Shown: positions 1 through 11,090 of the stretch, piece after piece
How the letters are laid out: the number at the start of each line of letters is the position of its first letter
Position numbering within the stretch: the stretch's first letter is position 1
Assembly: GCA_910592345.1 (NCBI GenBank)
Contig: CAJVPI010000133.1
Span: 1 to 50,486, forward strand
DNA length: 50,486 nucleotides
Direction: 5' to 3'
Source: Paraglomus brasilianum
Lineage: Eukaryota
Translations under genes and position numbers: made by a program
Notes under the pieces: generated by a model
The model's input: the letters and a program-made list of their open reading frames with translations, nothing else
Database searches by the model: none
What the model was told of the DNA's origin: nothing

Positions 1-125
1 GCAGCCACGCTCCGTCGAGACTAGTTAAATCCCAAGTGTCGATTACTTTCTGCTCTCCCGCAGTAGTCGGCACGACAAAGGATAGTGTCGAATTTTGAGA
101 ATATATGCACACGGAAACTCGCGGC
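1..125. repeat. Dispersed repeat X, copy A (3' part; cut by window start)
   Basis: gcagccac..gttaaatcccaagtgtcgat (1-43) matches gtagccac..gttaaatcccaggtgtcgat (37246-37291). There is a weaker match to 3430-3540 (ttaaatcc..tgtcgat..ctcgcggc). Confidence 0.6.
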
Positions 126-249
126 TCCTCTGCCCTTTCTTCTCTATTGTTGCGCGATATGGCATAGCCAGTGTCTTGATTTCCATAACAATAAAGCAAA
201 AAGCATGCCAACTTATTACAGATATAAGAAAGTAGTCGCATTCCTTCTT

Positions 250-1190
250 ATGTCGAAAATTTCTTATGAGATGTTAATTCGGGTCCAGCAAACATCTTTA
301 TAACAAAAGGGTTCTTATATCGAGAGCCACTTGTACTTGGAAACTACAATTTCATTTATCAAGAGTTATAGTATTGATAATAGATATCAACATAGTCATC
401 ATCTATACAGACGATAGTAGTAGCATCACACATTCAATAAGAGAACACTTGTATAATAACCGCGGAAACCAATCCGTTCCTTACTTACAAGACCTGGTCG
501 ATATTTTTTATTGTGTCTGTATAGTTTTATTCTTAATTTCCTTCTCGTGGCAATGGTTTAGTCATTACGAAAAGAAATAGTCTTTTTTTATATGTAGCTT
601 ATGTTTCTGTTTTGCCATCTTTCGTCCTACTACATTACGGACTGGAGAATTTGCCACATTACGTCAAAGAAGATTCAAGGAACGGTTGATATTAAAAAAG
701 GATATCTGGAGTCCCTCCGCCAAAGCTCGCGGAAAGACTTCGAGTTCAGTTATCATGTGTTTGTTTGTAAACTGAAAGCACAATACACAATCGAATGAAT
801 AAATTCATAAGTGATTCTTATTTCAAACTTTCTTTTCGCCTTCCTCCTTGCACATTTTCACCTATCACTTCACCAGTCCTCCCACCTCTTCCTCATCCTC
901 TCCACCCTCGCTCTCCACATCACTACTCCTCCCTCTTGCCCATCACCCTCACTCTTTCCCATCTCATCGTCGTTACCATCTCGATCGTATGTTGATCATC
1001 GTCTTCACCGCTGACAAATATTCTCATTGGAGATCGGCATCACTCGAGTTGTTGATATCATCTTGACAAAACGTCATTGCATTATTGGCACGGTTTCGTC
1101 ATCTGCACCTTTCACGATACGCAAAACCGATACTGACCTGCCATGCGAGAAATGCACTACACGGAATTTGCTGAATCGACTGGTAAGCTG
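250..1190. repeat. Duplicated segment Y, copy 1 (begins with a decayed pogo/Tigger-like MITE right end)
   Basis: Colinear direct match to 7395-8540. Shared blocks include ccacttgtact(t)ggaaactacaatttcat, gtcattacgaaaagaaatagtctt, ctactacattacggac.ggagaatttgccacattacgt and ctgacctgccatgcgagaaa. Confidence 0.9.
860..1180 (-). pseudogene. Decayed acidic-tail coding fragment, paralog of 8100-8688
   Basis: Minus strand reads KGADDETVP...YDRDGNDDEMGKSEGDGQE...SSDVESEGGEDEEE across frameshifts. The second copy reads RGADDETIP...DNDEMKKSESDGQE. Confidence 0.5.
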
Positions 1191-3016
1191 TCGATACATA
1201 CTGTAGTAATATAGAAGGATAATCAATAAATCTGACGGATAGATCGGAAAGTGATTTTGGTTAATCCTTTGTTACAATGTTGCTTACGTAAAGATAATTA
1301 TCTCCTTCCCAGGTAGGATTTGGGTATAGTTCTGCGAGTATATGACAAATCCACTGAATTTCGAATAGCCATATCCACCACATATAAGCCTACAGTCTTC
1401 AACTGCCATCGTAGTAGTTAATGGCTCGAGAACCTGCAGAGAGGTCACATTTCGCTCTGTTCGATGTACGTTGCATATAGTTCTCTTAATGCAGTTCCGA
1501 TGAAATGGTTATTTAAGTCGTAGAATAAAAGCCAGTTTCCGGTTTGTAATACAGTAATACATACTGTCACTAAAACGTCTGTAAAAGAACAGGGCTCTTT
1601 GTTACCTACATCAATTTTGACTGGTTACAAAGTACAGTTCGATACTTCAATTCAAAAATGCGTGTTTGTTTGCAATTATTTTTATTGCGATTATTATTGG
1701 GACGGTAAAGCTTGTAATTTCTTGAATTCGCATGTAAAGCCGGTGAACCAATGAAAAAACCAGCAATATTGGCTGTTAATTCGTATGGAGATGGTATGCT
1801 CGTGCAGCAAAGAGCAGTCGTTCGAATCGAAACTCAGTCTTAATTGAACAGATACGTTGAATCAGGGGTCAAGTGGGGGTTTATCAAGATATATTAATAT
1901 TAAATTGAAATTTAGAATATTAAAGACATTAAATATGAGCATTACTTGATTGTTTTTTAATGCAAACACTTTGATGAAAAAGTACAGAGTAAGATATAGG
2001 TAGCATAAATTTATAATGTTATTTGCATAATGTTTACATACTCGTCTTTCCTAGTCTTCCTTCTTTATTCAAAAGTTCAGTTACAATGTAAAGTACAAGA
2101 CATTATGACATTTCCGTTTTTAGTAATAAAGACATTTGCCAAATATCGCGTTACAAATAAAGTCTGACATAAGTTTTTGTTCAATGTGCTGTAGGAGATT
2201 GCATCAATTACTTGACCATGAGAATATCGTTATCATTCTCGCACTCCTTTTCCCACAGACGCACGTATTCTCTGCCATATAGTCAATTAAAAGCAACATC
2301 ATTACCTCCATGTCATCAACATCAAAAATTTTCTTCTTCCACGCGTGCCTGCAAAAGGATTACTGACACATCACCAGACTCTATAGACTCTGCCAATACT
2401 AGAGCGAGAAACGCTTACAAGCTCTCTTCTTATTGAGTAACCGTCTGCTGACATACTATTCGCCAACGTTAAGTCTTTACTAGTTTTTTGGCATCTTGCT
2501 TATTAATAGACCGTCTGTTCACTAGAAAAAATGTAGGTTAGTCGGAATAATTTTAGTACTAATCGAAAGTCATAGTGTCATAAAAGAAACATTAGTTTTG
2601 AGGGGGGGGAAAATCAAAATGCTAGTTCTGGACGTCCCAAAATTGGAAATTTTTCTAAAAGAAGAGTGGAATTCTTTAAACATAATTAATAGCATGCATG
2701 CTTAGAAGAATAGAGGAAAGCATTGCTCACAATGGATGGGTTAACTAGATATTAGAGTGTTTATAAAAAATAAAGGTAATTGCTTAAAAAAAAACAAACG
2801 CATAAACTTCCCTTCGGGGCTAGTTCCTACCCCTCAAAAATAATGGTAGCAACAGCAGCAAGCTTGTTGCATTACCATCATGACGTACAGTTGAAACGCA
2901 TAAGGTGAATCGCGTTCATGTTAGTATGTGACAGATTCGAACTAAAATTATGTCAGAAGCAAACGTATAACCAAGATAGAAAAACAACCAGCGCTTACAT
3001 AACTATTTACATATTG

Positions 3017-3540
3017 TGTCGAGTTAATTACCGCGGGAGACGATTGGCAATTGACCTTGAGATTTAACTTCTTCAAACGAGTCTGGTAATACCTCTCCGC
3101 TAAACATATAATGACCTTAATTTAGTTTTCTCTATGCACAATCAGTCTTGTACACGCAGGCTCTCGATTACTAATTAAACACTGTTCTACTCTTATCAAT
3201 GGGATTAATTCGATATATTGTAGGGGTACGTTTATATCAAAGTAAACGCGCTTACTCTTACAGACAATTAATTAGCGATCGTATTTGCCAACTCGGAATC
3301 GATGGACAAGATCGAATTCCCACTTGGTAATTTAACGCTGATAATATGCGAAACCAATAAATATAATTTATTGAGTAAGAGCTACTCTATTTAATACAAT
3401 TAACATCGTCAAGGAGAATCGATTTCTTTAATTAAATCCATTATTGCTATGAAGGTCATGCTATGTCGATATCACTATTCGTTTCAACGGAGAACGAATT
3501 TTTCCCGTCGACTCGGAACAAAAGTATTATTTCTCGCGGC
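3017..3540. repeat. Dispersed repeat X, copy B
   Basis: Ordered blocks shared with 36645-36915: tgtcgag..taccgcgggaga, tcagtcttgta.acgca, atgggatt.att(t)cgat, caaagtaaac(c)gcg, atggacaa.atcgaat. Confidence 0.8.
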
Positions 3541-3554
3541 GAACAATTAATAAC

Positions 3555-6500
3555 TTAATCGACTAGTATGTTTGAAGTAATAATTCCAGTGTGTAATATG
3601 TTAGTTATTGGATATGACTGCATATACAGAACGATGAAATCTGTACGGTTGGAACGACACGTTCCGCTTATCACCACTGAAGAAGTCTCGAATACAGACT
3701 TAGCCCTAGAGTGCCTGTATTTTATTCCATTGAAAAAATACAATAAAGTCAAAGAAGAATTGATCTTAGAGCCTTTGTCAAAGCTGTTGCTCCTGTATCT
3801 CAATTTGATTATTCTGGAGTTCCAAAGGGAATTTAATTCTAGAGCCTTTGCCAAAACTGTTGCTCCTGTATCTCCAATTTGATTCCACTGAAGATTCAGA
3901 GAAGTCAGAGAAGAATTTGATTCTAGTGCCTTTGCCAAAGCTGTCACTCCTGTATCTCCAATTTGATTCTGCTGAAGATTCAAAAAAATCAGAGAGGGAT
4001 TTGATTCTAGAGCCTTTGCCAAAGCTGTTGCTCCTGTAGCTCCAATTAGATTCTGCTGAAAATTCAAAGAAGTCAGAGAGGAATTTGATTCTAGTGCCTT
4101 TGCCAAAGATGCCACTCCTGTATCTCCAATTTGATTATCCTGAAGATTCAAAAAAGTTAGAGAGGAATTTGATTCTAGAGCCTTTGCCAAAGCTGTTGCT
4201 CCTGTATCTCCAATTTGATTATCCTGAAGATTTAAAGAAGTCAGAGAAAAATCTAATTTTAAAATTTTTGCTATCATTGTGGCTCCAACATTTCCAATTT
4301 TATGCCCTTCAAATTCTAATAATAAACATTGATTTTGATAATTTTGTGTTTCCAATTGATCAAAAAAAGATGACAATTGTTTGTAAAGAGTTCCATTTGG
4401 TTTGATCTTTAAGATTTTACTAATGTCATCCAGTGCTTTGTTGTACTTGCAAAAATCAAGATAGATAGCTGCTCTTATGCCTAATGTATTCACATTGTTT
4501 TCTGGCTGAATTTCTAATGATAATAACTTGTTGAAATCATTTAATGCATTATCATATTGTTTGAGTGTATAATAAATCTTTCCTCTTACTCTCAATGCCA
4601 ATGTATGATCTGGTTCAGTATTTAAAAATTTATTCAAATTACTCAATGCATTGCCATATTGATTAACATCACATCTAATAATTCCCTGTTCCATTAAGAT
4701 AAACATATTTCTTGGATCCATTCCCAGTGATTCATCAAGATCAATCAATGCATGGTCATATTGCTCAAGCATGAGATGAACATGCCCTCTTAGATGTTGT
4801 GCTATTGTATCAGTTGGTTTAATTTGTAAAAATTTATTGAAATCTTCTAGTGCATCTGCATACTGACAAAGATTAAAATAGACAGCTCCCCTTGCAATCA
4901 GTGTGTTTGTATCATTTGGTTCAATCTCTAATAGTTGATTGAAATCACTCAATGCCATTTCATATTGGTTAAAAATGTAGTAGATGTTCCCCCTGACTTC
5001 TAATGCGAGTGTATTAGTATCACTTGCATCAATCTTTAATGATTGTTTAACATCTTTAAGAGCTTGTTTGTACTCGGACTGTTGCATATAATATTTTCCA
5101 CGCCAAGCCCATGCTCTGGCATTGTTGGGATTATTTTTTATTGCTTGAGTTATATAATCATAACATTTTTTATAGTTTGAATTTTCCAGATATGCAATTG
5201 CAAGGTCAATTTGAATAGTTGCACTGTTGGGATATTGAATAAGTGCTCTTTCAAGCCATAATATTGCATCATTATATCTTTTTTCATCAAGGGCTTTCTT
5301 GCCTTGCTTGTATGTATTATGTAGACTTTTTGGCCTCTTCATTCTTTGTAGGATTGTTTTTCTTGGTTTCATTTTAAGCAAATATAGAAACTTTGATTTT
5401 ATAATAGAAGATTCCTCAACATCATCATCATTATCATCCTGACTTGTCACAATAGCTGTAAAATCTTTTGTTTTGTCTTTTGGTGTAATATGTCCAGCTC
5501 TGACAAACTTTTCATATAATGCTTTGTAAATTGGTGAGCTTGGTAATTTTTCTGTATCTTCCAATTGAAATTTTCTTCTACAATAAAAGCAATTCAGTTC
5601 ATGACAGTTTATCCTCATGAATGTTTCTAATGCCAGATAGCTGATTTTGTGTTTGCATGGAAGTATTCTAAAATCATCTGTAACTTCTTGTGTAAATTGA
5701 CATGTAAGATGATCAGCAACCATGTCTAAGATTAATAAATCATTTGGATTTGAATTAAGAAGTTCTTCAGATGGCTGATTATAATCAGGTTTACTTGCTT
5801 TCTGTCTTAGTCTTGGGACTGATATTTCAAAATTTGCTTTGCCACTTGCTTGACTAATATAAGTATACTTTTTATCAGTGTAGCATCTCATGTCTTGAAA
5901 CCTTTTCTTATCTTGGTTCAAAGCTTCAGCATACTGATCTAGATCAACTTCCACTACAGAAAATGTGGTTGAATCTTTTTTATGCAGTGTCATTAAAACT
6001 TCCATTGCTTTAAATTGAATAAATTCCATCTTGACTATGTCCAGAGATAGTTTTGCAAGATAGTAACAATGAGCCAAGGTATTAGTATTTTTTGTAGACA
6101 TTATCAGACATTGAGCAATATCCAATATACCAAACAATAATGAGTATGAAACTGATTCTGAGATATTATCTGACATAATTTTTAATTTAGATTTGTTATT
6201 ATATTCATTTGTTTCTGATTTTGCTGAAACTGCTTTATTCCACTCTTGGTCTCCAAATCTCCATAAATCCTTAATCAGCATCAATTCCCCTTTAGCAACC
6301 AAATTTCTATGAATTGGAGCAGCTGACCATTCAACAAATGCTTGGTAAATTGTATACAAGTACCTCCATTCCTTGTACCAATGTCCCACAGAAAACTTAG
6401 ATTGTAAAGCCTTCTGAATATTATTATAGATTTCAATAGTGGATTTGTTGTCAATTGGGGTTTCCATAGTTGTCATAACACCAGTCATACCAGGTAAAGC

Positions 6501-7321
6501 TTCAACTAGTGCAGCAAAAAGAGCCTTTAGTTGGTTTATAATTTCAAGCCAGACAGTCTTATCATCATCCATCACATGAAGAGTATTATAAAGATGCATA
6601 AGTAAAAAATTATTGTTATAATTTTGAACTTTAACACTTTCCTCCAAAGTAGCAAATAAAACCCTTGGACCTTGTAAGCCTTTTTCTATGACTTTGGCAT
6701 AACATTGATGGAAGCCATACATTTTTGTAAGATTTTCATGCAAAGTTTCAAGTAACTTCTTGTCCATTTTAACAAGTTGCTTGCCATATGTTTCTAATGC
6801 AAATGCATATGCTCGAAGATGCAGTTCCAATTTAATATCAGCAGTCACCTCATAGTCATTGTTATTATATGCAACATTAATTCCAATTGTTTCCAAAACA
6901 TTTCTCAACTGATTAACATCTAACTTATTACCAAATAATAGCAACAGATTGGATAATTTAATAAAATGACTGACTCTGTCATTACTGTTGACAATTGATT
7001 CCAAAGTTGTAGATAGTTGCTCATTTAATTCAACTTTGCTCAGATGTGCTGTAAACACTTGTTCATAATCTTCATAGTCATCACCATTATTATTATCACT
7101 GTCACTTTCAAAGACAATGAGGTCTCCCTCAAACATATCTTCAGTCTCTGCATTATCAAGCTGCTTCTCTTTCCCTTTGTTTTTGGTATTTGAAGATAAT
7201 GGTTGTCCAATTTCCTAACAATATTAAAGGAGTTGCAAAGCATTGCTTAATTCATTCCATGCGGAAAAATTATTGAAAAGGAGCTTATTGTATAATCAAA
7301 ACTTACCCAGCTGTCTGCCAT
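3555..7321 (-). CDS. Multidomain protein: uncharacterised N-terminal helical region, degenerate RING/U-box-like finger, 9 TPRs, RNI-like LRRs (~1224 aa, C-terminus degenerate)
   Basis: The 1193-aa ORF extends in frame to a ttag acceptor at 7215. A micro-exon ATG GCA GAC AGC TGG (7321-7307) is followed by a gtaagt donor. Motifs: CQFT..LPCKH..CFYCR; TPR pattern A..RG..Y....Y..AL.D....L...P; LRR LxxNxSLTxLNLQxNQIGDTGAxALAKA. Confidence 0.85.
3715..4300 (-). repeat. 84-bp (28-aa) LRR-coding tandem array: 5 near-identical units plus divergent and degenerate flanking units
   Basis: tctag(a/t)gcctttgccaaa recurs at about 3838, 3922, 4006, 4090 and 4174. Frameshifted units lie at 3715-3840. Confidence 0.95.
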
Positions 7322-7394
7322 ACCAAATGCAAAAGTTTTATTGCAGTGAAATTCGCTTGTTTATTATTATGCCTGTGTGATGTAATACAATTTG

Positions 7395-8540
7395 ATATCG
7401 AAAATTTCTTACGAGATGTTAAATTGGGTAGCAAAAATCTTTCTTATAGGCCATCTTTGTTATATCGCAGGGTTCTTATATCAAGAACCACTTGTACTGG
7501 AAACTACAATTTCATCTCATAACATTTATCAGGTGCAAATTGTGCAAATAGTATTGTTATTGTTAATAGATTTACGTCAAACGAGGATGTTCGGCTAGCA
7601 AAGTATCAATAGTCATCATCTACTACCACAACAACCGTTTAAATACCGACAATAGTCGCAACACACCTCACGCATGTAATAAAGGAATGCTTTATAAAAC
7701 AAACCGCGGAAACCAATTCGCCGTTTGCACTTGTCGATATTTTTATTATGTCTAGTATAGCTTATTCTTAATTTCCTTTTCATGACCAATGGTTTGGTCA
7801 TTACGAAAAGAAATAGTCTTATTTTTAATATGTGGCTTATGTTCTGTTTCGCCATCTTTGCGTCCAAATACTAACTACTACATTACGGACCGGAGAATTT
7901 GCCACATTACGTATAAAAAGTATATCTCGAGTCCCTCGCGGAAAGACATTCGAGTTCAATTCTCGCAATGTAGTCATGTGTTCATTTGTAAACTGAAAGC
8001 ATAATAGACAATAAATTGATAGATTCATAGTATTTCTCATTTCAAACTTACTTTTTGCATCCTCCTAACATATTCTCACTTATCACCAATTGAAACCAAC
8101 ACCCATGTTTGTTCTCCACTCTTGCTCTCTACATCACTATTCCTTCGCTTTCCGCACTCTTGCCCATCACTCTCACTCTTTTTCATCTCATCATTGTCGA
8201 ACTCGTTACCATTTCGATCGTATGTTGGATCGTTGTCTTCACTGCTAGGACTATTCTCATCGCCAGTGTTGATGATATCATCTTACAAATATTCATAAAA
8301 TGTCATTGCATCATCTCAATGATAGGCTTACATTATTTTGTCCACCGGTATAGTTTCGTCATCTGCGCCTCTTCCATCATCGCTATCACTATGTAGCGTA
8401 CTCACGGGAACGATCCCAATTTGACAACAAGAACCTTTTCACAACACGCAAAACTGATGCTGACCTGCCATGCGAGAAAATACACTTGCCCGACGGAATT
8501 CGTTGAATCCCCACCGGCATAACTGACTTCCGGCTGTTGA
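7395..8540. repeat. Duplicated segment Y, copy 2
   Basis: Colinear with 250-1190, with multiple indels. Confidence 0.9.
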
Positions 8541-8688
8541 TAATAATAACTTTTCTTCGCGGAAAGCGTCCGTCTAACATAACACTGTCAACGGTGTCAT
8601 CTTCCTCCACGCAATGGATCCAATGACCGTCGTAATAAATTCCATTTGGAAACGTAGTGTCGTTGACCCGTCCAGTTAAAATCGTCAC
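8100..8688 (-). pseudogene. Decayed coding sequence with acidic C-terminus, function unknown
   Basis: The 99-aa ORF 8389-8688 continues through stops into DSDDGRGADDETIP...SEDNDPTYDRNGNEFDNDEMKKSESDGQE. A paralogous fragment lies at 860-1180. Confidence 0.5.
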
Positions 8689-10929
8689 AAATCGTATGGA
8701 GTGGGTTTATCTTGAAAAGTTTCTCATCTTGACTGTTTACTTTTAGTTGTAAAAGCAAAGCACCAGGTACGACTATGATTATCAGCTAATTGACTGTACC
8801 GCTCTAAAGGCTTGGAGATGAATTTCAGGAACAGCTTAGATATTAATATTAATATTAATATGGCTGTTGAAACGATTTTTTTAATAATCACGTGAGTGAA
8901 ATTACGCAATTGATCGTCAGCGCCAGTTCTAGTACACAGTAATTAGGGAAATAGGTATAGTTCTTTGTCTGCTTATAAATCAGATAGATACCTGCGTTTG
9001 TTAGTTATTAATATAAGCTTACTAGATACATTGGGCACGAGTATTAGTAATCTCCCGAAAGACTATTATTGCGTCAAACTTCCTTTTACATTTTAGCCTG
9101 TTGGAATCTCTTCCGACTGCTGGCATACTTAGCGAATATAAATGCCAAGAAATACCGTTACTATTACGTGTCTCAATGCCCATTTACGATTGATAGTCTT
9201 TGGGTAAAAAATGAACAAAGACAAGTATATATTTAAGAACATGGATGTTAATTACATGCAGACTCAAAGCTTGAACACAAAGTTACTAACGAGACTCACT
9301 CGTTTTCAGTCTCCAGCAGCTGCTCTTCTGCGCTGCTTCTATAGCATGTTATATGAATCACACTATTTACGAACGAAGGCCAAAAATGCAGAACAGTGTA
9401 ATAATGCCTCCGCTAGACCCGTTTTAAGATTCCAACATCTGCTTTCTAAAATGCTTATTTGGTCATCGCATGGTGTTTCGGCTTCTGTATTAGGACTTAC
9501 TTTTGCGTAAACGTTGTAACTGTTGGAAATTATGCCGACTGTAACCAATCAGAAATTAATGCTCAATCTTGCATACAAAGAAAATATAACGTTGTTTCAA
9601 GTTGTGTCACAACGAGAGCTTAATGACAACATAAATTCCGGCTAAAAGTATTAATTAACGTATATTAAATGCTTTAACTCTATAAATGCAAACAAATACA
9701 ACAAAAGCAAAAATATACTTTTTTATCAAAACTTTTTGTCCTTGGCTTCCGCTCGGTCATGATGATTCATGCGGGACATCTTAAAATGATTAAAAGCAAA
9801 GAGTTTTGTCAAAATGTTGAAACTTGTGGTTGTGTTCTACCAGACTCGACTTGTTATTAACAAACAATAGAGCTAAAATTTGGTATGTCGAAAGTTTTGT
9901 GATAGAATAAATAAAAATTTTAGGAGCGGTTTACTGCTTCTAAATTTAGATATGATCTTTTTTATTAAAGCTCGTCCCGTAACACTTGTCTTTAAAAGAT
10001 TAAAATGACGCCATTCTGTCGATTTTCTGTTGAGTAAATCTTTCTATATTTTTATCTTCATCTAAACGGAAATTAGTTTAAATAATAATAAACTTTCATA
10101 ACAACCTTGTGATGAGGGGGAAAAAGGATGCTTAAACTCAAAGACCTTTATAGTTTTATGGTAGCAATTATTGCAATTTGGGCCTTTTCCATAGGATGTT
10201 GACATTTTCTGTATCAATTCGACTTTAGTATATCTGCGTACGTAACAAGAAATACGAGAAATGGATTACAGCATATCGTGCTTTTATTATCGTGCCAGTC
10301 AGTTGAGTATTCTCCATATAAAGCAAACAATAAAATAGTATTATTTTAGGTATTAACCATCGTCCATTATTTAAATATACGATATATATAATTATGCTAT
10401 GCACAAAAATTGATGAGTTCTGTCATTTGTGCGATCGAGCGAGCATAAGAGAAATCTTAACATTGATCTGAAACGGATTGACGGGTGAGCAAATTATGTA
10501 AACAAAGATGACGAAATTGGATGACAAGTATGTTCGAACGATCTTGTCACGTGTATATGTATTTTGTCGATCTATCCAAACAAATGCTTCATATCCTTGA
10601 TTATTATGTCCTTACCGGTGCACCCCATATTAATGTACTGTACATCCTTATATGTTATCGGACCATCTTTTCTTCTAATTCCAGTCTTCATTCTGGACAG
10701 GTAGATAGGCTTCCCCAAAAACATTGCTCTGTTCTATGACGCTTACCATATTTTCCTCAACAAACCAATACATGATGTTATCTGGTGTACGCCTCTTTGT
10801 TAACGGCATTTGTGAAGAATGCCAAAAACTTATATTACTGGTAACACAACTGTTAATATATACATATATACATTTACATTTATACATATATATATTAACA
10901 CACGATTGCGCGTGATCTTACTGACTGTG

Positions 10930-10937
10930 TATAAATA
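10930..10937 (+). promoter_or_regulatory. Candidate TATA box
   Basis: TATAAATA about 160 bp upstream of ATG 11091, just after a (TA/CA)-rich tract at 10856-10896. Confidence 0.35.
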
Positions 10938-11090
10938 CCACTCGACGCTTTTTCCCAAACGTTACTCTGTCACATTTATAGTTTGAGCCTTAGAACTTTT
11001 CGCTGCGGATAAAATAGATAAGTGAGAGAACCCTCGACATAAACGGAAGCCTCGGTTTACATTACCTAATATCACCACCAGCATTAAGAA

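Noticed and set aside
1770..1832. tRNA/SINE-like B-box gttcgaatc with a nearby hairpin
   Set aside because: No acceptor stem, no proper D-arm or A-box, and wrong spacing.
3838..4260. Regularly spaced repeats resembling a CRISPR array
   Set aside because: Whole 84-bp units repeat in frame as LRR codons, with no unique spacers, in a eukaryotic context.
250..8540. Y copies as LTRs of a retrotransposon carrying the TPR-LRR gene
   Set aside because: No TG..CA ends, PBS, PPT or gag/pol. Y itself contains pseudogene and MITE fragments, which fits a segmental duplication better.
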